From: a virus
Lineage: Duplodnaviria > Caudoviricetes
Strand: one strand, 5' to 3'
IMG/VR virus record: IMGVR_UViG_3300037047_000246
Length of the DNA stretch: 64,000 bases
The position numbers and the translations under genes are program-made. The number at the start of each line of letters is the position of its first letter. The stretch's first letter is position 1. The notes beneath the pieces are model-generated. The model saw only the letters and a program-made list of their open reading frames with translations. It ran no database searches and was not told the DNA's origin. Shown piece after piece: positions 49,345 to 58,343 of the stretch.

Positions 49345-51201
49345 ATGGCCAAAGACCTATCAGAACTGGGCATTCCGCAGTCCATAGTTAAAAATCCAGG
49401 ACAGGGCCCATTCAAAGGCAGCACAGTACTGACCGTCGTGTGCGCTTGCGGCGTCGAGATAGAGCTCAAAGTCAGCTCCATTCTTCGCACGATGCGGCGC
49501 GTCGGTCACTACAGGTGTCTGTCCTGCGGGATGCAGGCCAAACACAAAGATCCTGCTTATGCGAGGAAGCAGAGAGCCGGATCTTCCGACTCGTGGTCTC
49601 AAGAGCGCAGATTGCGCCAGTCATTGATATCCAAAAAGATGTGGACCGACGATAACTTCAGACTCCGGTTGACTGAAGCGTCGACCAGCGCTTGGGCAGA
49701 AGATGGTAAAAGGCAAAAGGCTTCCAAATTTGCCATCGGACTATGGCAGGACAGTGAGTACGTCGCCAAGCATGCACTTGCCCGCAGCACCGATGAGGCC
49801 CGAGAAACTCGTTCCAACGCCGCCAAAGCAGTGTGGCGTCGACCTGAATATGCTGAACAGCAGTTGGCAATCAAGGCGTCGGCAGAGCACGTAGGAATCC
49901 AGCGCAGACTCGCGCTGGAGCGGTTTGATAACCCCGAATATCGCCAGCACATTGCCGAATCTTTGCGCACCTACTGGTCGGATCCTGTGCTCAGAGCAGA
50001 AATGTCGGCTCGAGTGCTGTCTTGGTGGGATGACCCGGCGTACCGGGAAAAGCAAGCTCGCGCCGCCGCAAGTCCGGACTTGATCGCAGTTAAGTCCGAA
50101 AATGCAAGAGCGCAGTGGCAGAAGCCTGAGACCAGGCAGGCCATCATTGACGGCATCAAGAAGGTGTGGAGGGACCCGGCCTATAGAGCTCGCGCATCGC
50201 AGATAGTCAAAGCGCTGTGGCAAAATGATGAATTTAAGAAGAAGCAAGCTGTTGGCAGGGCAGATATGCTCGCGAACGGCAAAGACAGCATACTGGAACG
50301 CACCGCCCAGATCTTGCTGGACTCACTGAAGATCCCATACGTGCGTCACCACGTGGTTGGGTATTTTGAATTCGATCTGCTCATTCCGTCGCACAATGTG
50401 CTTGTTGAATGCAACGGCGAGTACTGGCATTCGATGCGTAAGGATCGCGACGCTGCCAAGTTCACATATGTCGACACATACTTCCCTGAGTACAGCGTCT
50501 TGTATCTGTGGGAGCGCGACTTCCTCAACCCGAATCTGATTCGCCATAAGCTTTTGCGTGCGCTGTTTGGCGACGATGGTGGGCACCACGGAGAATGCGC
50601 AGATTTCAGCTTCGAAGACCTGGAAATTAAGCTTATGGACCCGAGAGCCAAAGCAGACAAGTCGTATTACTCCTATGCTGAAGAGTTTCTTCAGTCTTTT
50701 CACTATGCCGGGTTTGGCAGGTCGGCAAAGGCGGCGTACGGCGCGTACCTTGGCGACACTTTGATCGGCGTGTGCAAATTTTGTCCGCCCATAAGGGCAG
50801 AGGTGGCCACTTCGATGGGTATGGCGCAGAGCCAGGTGCTGGAGCTAGACCGGTTCTGCATCCACCCAAGCTACCAGAAGAAGAACTTTGCTTCCTGGCT
50901 CGTTTCCAGATGCGCAAAGCTGGCTTTCTCAGCCCACCCCGGCGCGGCTTGCCTGGTCAGCTTCGCAGACTCCACGTTCGGGCACGTCGGCACCATCTAC
51001 AAAGCGGCAAACTGGAAGCAGGTTCGCATTGTGCCGCCGGACTACCACTATGTTAGCCCGGAGGGCTTCGTCGTGCACAAGAAGACGCTGTACGACCACG
51101 CTTCTCGCGTAGGGCGCAAAGAGGCGGAGTATGCGGCGCAGTTTGGCTACGCGAAAGCGTACGGCAAGTCGAAGACCAAATTCCGATTCGATAGGCCGTA
51201 A
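49345..51201 (+). CDS. Free-standing endonuclease, subfamily A (helical W.DP.YR repeats + DUF559-like + GNAT/Mom-like)
   Basis: Repeats 'W.DPAYR'; 'FDLLIPSHNVLVECNGEYWH'; 'FLQSFHY...ELDRFCIHP...SFADSTFGHVGTIYKAANW'. Confidence 0.75.
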   Translation: MAKDLSELGIPQSIVKNPGQGPFKGSTVLTVVCACGVEIELKVSSILRTMRRVGHYRCLSCGMQAKHKDPAYARKQRAGSSDSWSQERRLRQSLISKKMWTDDNFRLRLTEASTSAWAEDGKRQKASKFAIGLWQDSEYVAKHALARSTDEARETRSNAAKAVWRRPEYAEQQLAIKASAEHVGIQRRLALERFDNPEYRQHIAESLRTYWSDPVLRAEMSARVLSWWDDPAYREKQARAAASPDLIAVKSENARAQWQKPETRQAIIDGIKKVWRDPAYRARASQIVKALWQNDEFKKKQAVGRADMLANGKDSILERTAQILLDSLKIPYVRHHVVGYFEFDLLIPSHNVLVECNGEYWHSMRKDRDAAKFTYVDTYFPEYSVLYLWERDFLNPNLIRHKLLRALFGDDGGHHGECADFSFEDLEIKLMDPRAKADKSYYSYAEEFLQSFHYAGFGRSAKAAYGAYLGDTLIGVCKFCPPIRAEVATSMGMAQSQVLELDRFCIHPSYQKKNFASWLVSRCAKLAFSAHPGAACLVSFADSTFGHVGTIYKAANWKQVRIVPPDYHYVSPEGFVVHKKTLYDHASRVGRKEAEYAAQFGYAKAYGKSKTKFRFDRP

Positions 51202-51380
51202 GCTTTCTGCGAGCGAGTGTACTTTGCTAGTGACCCGGGGGGATCTCTCGCTACCCGGCTCTGATCTTTCAAAATTGACTCTGCGCACACGGTGCTACAC
51301 CTGTGCAGGGACAACCGGACGACAACCTCTCGCAAAGCGTGCTACGGTGCACGTTCCGGACTTTGTTTGAGAATATGGCT
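51202..51380 (+). promoter_or_regulatory. CRISPR leader with a candidate extended -10 (TGC-TACGGT at 51340-51348)
   Basis: Non-coding stretch at the conserved-repeat end of the array. The -10 hexamer is identical to that of the 13426 promoter. Confidence 0.55.
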
Positions 51381-52220
51381 ATTGCAACGCCTAAAGATTG
51401 CTCGATACGTCGAGACTTGTCCGAGAGGCTGCAAAAAGTGGAGCCGACTCAGGGATTGCAACGCCTAAAGATTGCTCGATACGTCGAGACTTATACGGCT
51501 GACCGGGCAGACTGCGCCGCGCCACTATTGCAACGCCTAAAGATTGCTCGATACGTCGAGACGCTCCAGTGGGGCGTGGCTCGCCACGTTTCCCATGTAT
51601 TGCAACGCCTAAAGATTGCTCGATACGTCGAGACGCCCTATCGCTCTCTCGTTCACACCCATCCTCCTAATTGCAACGCCTAAAGATTGCTCGATACGTC
51701 GAGACCTTGCTGTGCCGCAGCAGCTGGCGGCAGCTGCGGCCAAATTGCAACGCCTAAAGATTGCTCGATACGTCGAGACATTCCGCAGCCACTTGACTCG
51801 CCTGTCAAGCTCCACTCATTGCAACGCCTAAAGATTGCTCGATACGTCGAGACGATTCCGCGCACAGAGCCCTAGCCTCAGCACGGGTGTAATTGCAACG
51901 CCTAAAGATTGCTCGATACGTCGAGACCCTCCATCACCACAAGCAACATCGCCACTGCCCGCACATTGCAACGCCTAAAGATTGCTCGATACGTCGAGAC
52001 CCTAGCCTGGATTTGAGCATGGCGATCGCCGAACGCGAGATTGCAACGCCTAAAGATTGCTCGATACGTCGAGACATAGCCTCAATCTCTGGCCTATCAT
52101 CGAGCGCAGATACTGCAACGCCTAAAGATTGCTCGATACGTCGAGACAAGCACATGCTACCCCGCTGTAACCGTGCGTCGCAAAATTGAAATACCCAAAG
52201 ATTGCTCGATACGTCGAGAC
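51381..52220 (+). CRISPR. CRISPR array: 12 repeats of 36 nt (ATTGCAACGCCTAAAGATTGCTCGATACGTCGAGAC) and 11 spacers of 35-39 nt
   Basis: Repeats start at 51381, 51455, 51527, 51599, 51670, 51744, 51818, 51892, 51965, 52040, 52112 (1 substitution) and 52185 (4 substitutions). Spacer lengths are 38, 36, 36, 35, 38, 38, 38, 37, 39, 36, 37. The 3' hairpin is CTCGA-TACG-TCGAG, ending in AC. Confidence 0.99.
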
Positions 52221-52303
52221 ACGGAACCGAGGACGATCTCGAGATGTCGAGACACGTCGACCAGACCCGCGGAAATTTGACGCGGTCCGTTGTAATGCTA
52301 ATC

Positions 52304-54595
52304 ATGGCAAAAGCGAAGACATTGGCGGCGCTGCTGCGCGAACTTCTCCCTGGCCAGCATTTGGCACCCCATCATAGGTGGGTGGCGAACAAGTTGCTGA
52401 TGACGTCAGGTGATGCCGCGGCTTTTGTGATCGGCAAGAGCGTCTCCGATCCTGTTCGGGGCTCCTTCAGGAAGGACGTGATCACGAAGGCCGGCAGGAT
52501 TTTCAAAAAAGATGGGCCGGACGCCGCCGCCGCCTTTCTGGACGGAAAATGGGAAGACAGGCCGCCGAATTTTCAACCCCCCGCGAAGGCAGCCATCGTG
52601 GCCATCAGCCGCTCTTTCGATGAGTGGCCAATCGTCAAAGTCTCTTGTGCCATTCAGCAGTACCTGTACGCGCTGCCAGTTCAAGAGTTTGAGTCTAGCG
52701 TGCCGGAAGCTAGAGCACAGGCTCACGCGGCGTGGTTTCAAGACACTGGCGTGGACGATTGCAACTTCAAGTCTACGCAGGGCCTGAACGCGATCTTCAA
52801 CCATGGCAAGCGCACTTACGAAGGTGTGTTGAAGAAGGCACAAAACAGGAATGATAAGAAAAACCTCCGCTTGGAGCGCATCAACGCCAAGCGCGCGGAA
52901 GCCGGACAGGCTCCTCTGGTCGCTGGCCCTGATGAGTCTCCTACAGACGATGCCGGGTGTTTGTTGCATCCGCCAGGCATAAATGCAAACATATACTGTT
53001 ATCAGCAGGTTTCCCCGAGGCCTTACGAACAGTCATGCGGCATTCAGCTTCCGCCGGAGTATGCCGGATATAACCGGTTGTCGAATGTTGCGATTCCACC
53101 GATGCCGAATCGCCTGGATATCCCTCAAGGCCAGCCGGGATACGTGCCGGAGCACCACAGGCATGGTATCAAGAAGTTCGGCCGAGTCCGCAAGAGGTAT
53201 GGCGTGGTGCCAGGACGGAACAGAGATGCGGATGGCAAGCGCACGCGCCAGGTTCTAACCGAAGCCGGCGCCGCAGCCAAAGCCAGAGATTCGGTTCTCG
53301 CTGTGATCCGCATCGGTGATGACTGGACAGTAGTCGATTTGCGCGGCTTGCTGAGAAATGCGCAGTGGCGCAAGCTTGTGCCAGATGGCGGCATCACTGT
53401 CCAGGGTCTGCTTGATCTTTTCACTGGCGATCCGGTGATCGATCCTCGGCGCGGCGTGGTGACTTTCATTTACAAGGCTGATTCTGTAGGGATACATTCC
53501 GAGAAGGTTTGTCGTGGTAAACAGTCGAAGAACCTGCTGGAGCGCCTATGTGCAATGCCTGAAAAAAGCTCGACACGTCTAGACTGCGCGAGGCAAGCAG
53601 TGGCTCTAGTGTCTGTGGACTTGGGGCAGCGCAATCCAGTCGCAGCAAGATTTTCCAGAGTTTCCCTCGCAGAGGGGCAACTTCAGGCGCAGCTGGTCAG
53701 TGCGCAGTTCCTTGACGACGCGATGGTGGCAATGATCCGAAGCTATCGCGAGGAGTATGACCGCTTCGAATCGCTCGTGCGAGAGCAAGCAAAAGCGGCT
53801 TTGTCGCCCGAACAACTGAGCGAGATTGTCAGGCATGAAGCGGACTCAGCAGAGTCGGTTAAATCCTGCGTCTGTGCGAAGTTCGGTATCGATCCGGCCG
53901 GACTTTCGTGGGATAAAATGACATCGGGTACATGGCGCATTGCCGATCATGTTCAGGCGGCAGGCGGCGACGTCGAGTGGTTCTTCTTCAAAACTTGCGG
54001 CAAAGGCAAAGAAATCAAAACGGTGCGACGCAGTGATTTCAACGTGGCGAAGCAGTTCCGGCTGAGGCTCTCGCCCGAAACTCGCAAAGACTGGAACGAT
54101 GCCATTTGGGAATTGAAGCGTGGGAACCCTGCGTATGTCAGTTTTTCTAAGCGCAAGTCGGAATTCGCTCGCCGCGTCGTGAATGATTTGGTGCATCGGG
54201 CGCGGCGCGCTGTTCGATGCGACGAGGTCGTCTTTGCAATCGAAGATTTGAATATCTCTTTCTTCCACGGCAAAGGCCAGCGCCAGATGGGGTGGGATGC
54301 CTTTTTTGAAGTGAAACAGGAGAATCGATGGTTTATTCAGGCGCTGCATAAGGCGTTTGTCGAGCGAGCTACGCACAAGGGCGGCTATGTCTTGGAAGTG
54401 GCTCCTGCCAGGACGAGCACGACTTGTCCGGAGTGTAGGCATTGTGATCCGGAGAGCAGGCGTGGTGAGCAGTTCTGTTGTATCAAATGCCGTCACACGT
54501 GCCACGCGGACTTGGAAGTGGCCACATTCAATATCGAGCAGGTGGCGCTTACAGGTGTGTCTTTGCCGAAGCGCCTTTCAAGTACGCTTTTGTAG
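52304..54595 (+). CDS. cas12j: Type V CRISPR effector, CasPhi (Cas12j) family, 763 aa
   Basis: RuvC-I 'VSVDLGQRN', RuvC-II 'AIEDLN', RuvC-III 'HADLEVATFNI', Zn ribbon 'CPECRHC...CIKC'. CasPhi-like motifs 'PPNFQPPAK', 'SRSFDEWP', 'PPGINANIYCYQQVSP', 'DLRGLLRN', 'LFTGDPVIDP', 'ENRWFIQALHKAF'. The ORF-track start at 52202 lies inside the last repeat and is artefactual. Confidence 0.95.
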   Translation: MAKAKTLAALLRELLPGQHLAPHHRWVANKLLMTSGDAAAFVIGKSVSDPVRGSFRKDVITKAGRIFKKDGPDAAAAFLDGKWEDRPPNFQPPAKAAIVAISRSFDEWPIVKVSCAIQQYLYALPVQEFESSVPEARAQAHAAWFQDTGVDDCNFKSTQGLNAIFNHGKRTYEGVLKKAQNRNDKKNLRLERINAKRAEAGQAPLVAGPDESPTDDAGCLLHPPGINANIYCYQQVSPRPYEQSCGIQLPPEYAGYNRLSNVAIPPMPNRLDIPQGQPGYVPEHHRHGIKKFGRVRKRYGVVPGRNRDADGKRTRQVLTEAGAAAKARDSVLAVIRIGDDWTVVDLRGLLRNAQWRKLVPDGGITVQGLLDLFTGDPVIDPRRGVVTFIYKADSVGIHSEKVCRGKQSKNLLERLCAMPEKSSTRLDCARQAVALVSVDLGQRNPVAARFSRVSLAEGQLQAQLVSAQFLDDAMVAMIRSYREEYDRFESLVREQAKAALSPEQLSEIVRHEADSAESVKSCVCAKFGIDPAGLSWDKMTSGTWRIADHVQAAGGDVEWFFFKTCGKGKEIKTVRRSDFNVAKQFRLRLSPETRKDWNDAIWELKRGNPAYVSFSKRKSEFARRVVNDLVHRARRAVRCDEVVFAIEDLNISFFHGKGQRQMGWDAFFEVKQENRWFIQALHKAFVERATHKGGYVLEVAPARTSTTCPECRHCDPESRRGEQFCCIKCRHTCHADLEVATFNIEQVALTGVSLPKRLSSTLL

Positions 54596-54637
54596 GTGCG
54601 CATAGAGTGTGAAACCTCCGGACTGAGGACTCTCTAG

Positions 54638-54799
54638 ATGCTTCTGTACTACTATTTGACCCTGGCGCTGTTCGCTGGCGTCGCGCTTGGCGCGGCACTC
54701 ACAAACTTTGCGATGAATGCGCGGATGCGCGAGAACGCGGCCAACGGGCGGCGCATGTGCGCTGGCGGCAGGCTCTACGAAGTCAAAGATGTGATTTGA
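54638..54799 (+). CDS. 53-aa single-TM protein directly downstream of casPhi (absent from the ORF track)
   Basis: GAGGA SD; MLLYYYLTLALFAGVALGAALTNFAMNARMRENAANGRRMCAGGRLYEVKDVI*. Confidence 0.5.
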   Translation: MLLYYYLTLALFAGVALGAALTNFAMNARMRENAANGRRMCAGGRLYEVKDVI

Positions 54800-54857
54800 G
54801 GCTGGCGCTGCCCGCCGCATTTCGCTGCCGCTGAATCGTTAATCTTCTGGCCTGTGC

Positions 54858-55757
54858 ATGGCACTGACAGCTTCAGGCGGCGGATTCACTTTCAGTTTGG
54901 CTTCTGTCGGAGGCGTTTGGAGGTGGACCGTTGTGGCCTCCAGCCTCAACACTCCGAGCCAAAATTACCAAATTCAGGATGTGGCGACCCCCTGGGGTCC
55001 GCTTCACGTTGCGGCGGCTCCGCTTCCAGCTGACGTGGTTGCATCTATGGCTCAGTCCATAATCGAGGTGGGGGACCAAATAAAGCCAGGGATGGCTTTG
55101 GCGTCTTCTTTGACTTCCTTCTCCATCGGCATCACCGAAGGCGACGCCAGAAGGTCCGCGGGAACTGTCCAGGTGAGGAACGATGGGGGATTCGGGTCCT
55201 TCATGTCCGTTGCGGCCACGTCTGACGTGCCATGGCTTTCAGTGCTGACTCCGGCCACCGCCGGCGTGACCAAGGGTCAGACTGCCTCGTTCAGCTTCGA
55301 CGTGGTGCCTGACTCCATGTTGGCGTTGCAGTCGCCCTACGTGGGCCACATCAGGGTGCAAGATTTGAATGACCCGGCTTCGTTCATAATCGCCACAGTG
55401 ACTGTGCTTGTGTTGCCGAGGCCGCAGATTCAAGTCAATACGAACGCCGTTTCTGTTGTTTGGTCGATTAGTACTCAGACGCCGTCTGTAGCCAACCTGG
55501 TCGTTACTAACAGTGGGCCCGCCACCTCTTCGTTGAACTGGTCAGCTACTAAGCTGGCTGGATCCGCATGGCTTTCTGTCTTGCCGTCTTCTGGCGGACC
55601 GCTGGACTCAGGGGCTACGGCCACTTTGGCCGTGTCCGTGGTTGCGGCTTCGGTGCCGCAGTTGGTGGGGAGCTACGTGGAGACTGTCAGAATTGCGTCC
55701 CCCAACGCTTCTAATGGATACGTTGACGTTCTTGTGACCCTGACTGTCGAACCCTAA
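54858..55757 (+). CDS. BACON/Ig-like tandem-domain protein (virion surface candidate)
   Basis: Two repeats 'V.N.G...S.......S...WLSV.P..G......T....V.V......L...Y...I.V...N'. Confidence 0.7.
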   Translation: MALTASGGGFTFSLASVGGVWRWTVVASSLNTPSQNYQIQDVATPWGPLHVAAAPLPADVVASMAQSIIEVGDQIKPGMALASSLTSFSIGITEGDARRSAGTVQVRNDGGFGSFMSVAATSDVPWLSVLTPATAGVTKGQTASFSFDVVPDSMLALQSPYVGHIRVQDLNDPASFIIATVTVLVLPRPQIQVNTNAVSVVWSISTQTPSVANLVVTNSGPATSSLNWSATKLAGSAWLSVLPSSGGPLDSGATATLAVSVVAASVPQLVGSYVETVRIASPNASNGYVDVLVTLTVEP

Positions 55758-55780
55758 TTTGTTTTTAAACTGGTGAAATC

Positions 55781-56041
55781 ATGAGTACCCTGAAAATCGA
55801 AGACTTTCGATTTTCGTCGAGTTCCATCGACGAATTCTTCGCTGACCTAAAGCCTGCCGCAAGAGTAAGCTCCAGCCGGATCAGAGTCGCAGGACTCCAC
55901 CAGCTCGCAGGTTTCGAAATGCTGTCTGACGACAAACTTGTTAGACTGTCCCAACAAGACTTCTGGAAGCTCGGTCAGGATAATGAAGGATACTTCATCG
56001 AGCGCCTCGTGGACGACGACGCAGGGCCCGTGCGAGGCTAG
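55781..56041 (+). CDS. Hypothetical protein
   Basis: GGTGA SD; 86 aa. Confidence 0.65.
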   Translation: MSTLKIEDFRFSSSSIDEFFADLKPAARVSSSRIRVAGLHQLAGFEMLSDDKLVRLSQQDFWKLGQDNEGYFIERLVDDDAGPVRG

Positions 56042-56100
56042 CCTGGCGCGCGTTTGGCGCTGTGCTCCGAAACATAAGCTCATTATGGTGTGTGGCTACC

Positions 56101-57243
56101 ATGGCAGATCGAACACCAATGGATCTTGAGAGAATTGCTCGCAAGCTGTGCGCCTCCGGCGCAGTTCGCACGGCTGGCACCATCGAGTTCGTTAAGGACC
56201 AGGGGCCTGTTCGTCGCGATGTCAGAGTTAAGGGATACAAGTGGTCGTCCGACGCCCTGAGAGACTTGGCCAAGATTTTGTGGGCCAGTCAGCGAGCTCA
56301 TAGCTACGCCATGGCTGCGTTGCGGATTTTTTCCAAAATGCCGTCTTCAGAGTTTAGCCCTGACGGCCTTTTGGGCGGCAGGGGCTACATCCAAAGCGTG
56401 AAGGACATGCGCAGCGGTCTGGCCAACACAGTCGAGCTGATGTCGTCTTTCACAGACACGGTGCATGACGAAATTAATGCTGAGCATTGGTCTTCCGTTG
56501 AAGACAAAGCTGATATCCAGGGGCTCGTAGACGACGCCGCAGAAGTGAAATCTAACCCTGAGGGGTTTGTTGAGGGAGAGTTCGAGGAAGAGGGAGAAGC
56601 GGAGCCGCTGGTGAACCCTGTTGCGGAAAATCCTGTTGTCGAGGGACAGAGCGAAGACGACGAGGACGACGAAGCGCAGGAGCAACCGGGGTCGCAAATG
56701 CCGCCTGACTACCCCAGAGTGTCTTCTGGCGTCGATTACGACAGGTACGCCGTTGCTTTTGACAAGATGATTCGCCACAAGCGTGTAGCCTCCAGGCAGG
56801 CGGGAGGAGCGCTTGACGAACTCCCTTTTCAGGGTGGTGAGCCGCTGATCACTGAGGTCGATTTGCCTGGACCGAGAGCTTACAAAATCGGCCCTGCCGT
56901 GAATCCGGACCTGGACGTGGAGGCTCAGATTCTGGACGGAGCAGCTCCCCAGAATCCTTGCGACGAGCAAGAGCTGCTCATCAACAACGGCTTGGCGCTG
57001 CCCGATCAGGCGTACCCCACGGACGGCGACGATTATCGTTTGTCTTTCGCCGCCAATCCGGAGAGTTACTCCTGGCTGCCCGGAGCCGACAACGACAAGC
57101 CTATGCCTTGGTACGGGCTAGGGATTACAGACGCGGACACCAAGTGGATGGAAGAAAACTGTCGGCCGAACATGCCTCCGGGCATTCTGCCGGAGGCGCT
57201 GGAGCCTGACATGGTGTCGCTCTGGGACGGAGTGAAGTCCTGA
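56101..57243 (+). CDS. Acidic hypothetical protein (head/virion region)
   Basis: Long ORF with an acidic linker, starting MADRTPMDLERIARKL. Confidence 0.7.
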   Translation: MADRTPMDLERIARKLCASGAVRTAGTIEFVKDQGPVRRDVRVKGYKWSSDALRDLAKILWASQRAHSYAMAALRIFSKMPSSEFSPDGLLGGRGYIQSVKDMRSGLANTVELMSSFTDTVHDEINAEHWSSVEDKADIQGLVDDAAEVKSNPEGFVEGEFEEEGEAEPLVNPVAENPVVEGQSEDDEDDEAQEQPGSQMPPDYPRVSSGVDYDRYAVAFDKMIRHKRVASRQAGGALDELPFQGGEPLITEVDLPGPRAYKIGPAVNPDLDVEAQILDGAAPQNPCDEQELLINNGLALPDQAYPTDGDDYRLSFAANPESYSWLPGADNDKPMPWYGLGITDADTKWMEENCRPNMPPGILPEALEPDMVSLWDGVKS

Positions 57244-58235
57244 TGCCCGCGCAGTTGCCCACCACAGACACACTGAACCGCCAGGTAAACACGTTCGGCA
57301 TTGGCACATACGACCAGTCTCCTGGTGGAGACGCAAGAGAAGAAGGCGACAGCGAAGTTCGAGGCGAGTCTCTTCCGGCCACCAAGAATTTTGTCGATGG
57401 CAAATCTGCGGACTCTCCTGACGATGGCAGTCAGTATTCTCCGCTGTCTGAGTTTGGTCGAAACGGGTCTGCCGGGTTGCCTGGCGATTTGGACCGGCCT
57501 TCGCAGTCGAGACGACGTCCTGAAAGCAGCGTGATCCAGCCAGTGGTGCAGTCTGTGGCGGAGTCAGCGCTGCCTAGCGACGAAAACAATCCGCCAGCCC
57601 GTGCTGACTACTACGACAAGACTAAGGTTGGAGAAACTAGGTTGCCGGGTCAGCCAAAGAATGACCAGACTCTGGAAAGGTTCCTTGGCGCTTTCGGAAA
57701 CATGTGGTCGGGTTGGGAGTGCGACGATGTGGCACAACCCACTTCGTTCCCAGGCAACGACAGGCCCCCAGAGGAAGCAGACAAATACGTGAGCGTTCCT
57801 GTTGGCTCGTCCAGACGAGCTGGGCGCCCTGAGGAGAGCGGCATCATGCAAAAACTAGCCACGAACTTGGACCTTGTCGGCACGCTCGCCGCAGACTTCT
57901 TGAAGAAGCGCGACAAAAAAGGCATCACGCGCCGCCACGTCATGTCTTTTCTGCAAGAGGCCGGATATCACCAGTATCTGGCGTCTGACGTGATTCGATG
58001 CCTGCAGCAGAGGCACAACGTGCACGTGGCTGATGTGCTGGATCAGTTTCCTGTTGCGACCTCCAAGGTTGCCGCCAGCGTGTCTGCCGCCAGAGAGCTC
58101 GTCAATCTGGCTGGCCGCATGGCTTCTGCAAAGTCCGAGAACCGGTTTGCCGCAGCAGTGCTGGGGAAGCTTTCCAGTACTGCTGTGAGCGACGCTTCGG
58201 CGATGTTTCAGCACATTTCTGCCGAAACTGAGTAA
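57243..58235 (+). CDS. Hypothetical protein (head/virion region)
   Basis: TGATG coupling; low-complexity N-half and helical C-half. Confidence 0.7.
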   Translation: MPAQLPTTDTLNRQVNTFGIGTYDQSPGGDAREEGDSEVRGESLPATKNFVDGKSADSPDDGSQYSPLSEFGRNGSAGLPGDLDRPSQSRRRPESSVIQPVVQSVAESALPSDENNPPARADYYDKTKVGETRLPGQPKNDQTLERFLGAFGNMWSGWECDDVAQPTSFPGNDRPPEEADKYVSVPVGSSRRAGRPEESGIMQKLATNLDLVGTLAADFLKKRDKKGITRRHVMSFLQEAGYHQYLASDVIRCLQQRHNVHVADVLDQFPVATSKVAASVSAARELVNLAGRMASAKSENRFAAAVLGKLSSTAVSDASAMFQHISAETE

Positions 58236-58343
58236 AGTCCTGTCGATTTTGACGCCTGACTTCGACGCGCTCGAATTCGCTGCACAAGCGGTTGTTCGAG
58301 CCAGTCAAGCTTGAATAGCCCTATGATGGATGAGTAAGCGGAA

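Noticed and set aside
52202-52303. ORF-track N-terminal extension of CasPhi (MLDTSRHG...)
   Set aside because: It begins at a TTG inside CRISPR repeat 12 and reads through repeat remnants. Family-like sequence starts at MAKAKT (52304).
51303-52377. Several ORFs across the CRISPR array with repeating LQRLKIARYVET / SRRIEQSLGVA peptides
   Set aside because: They are translations of the repeats, not genes.
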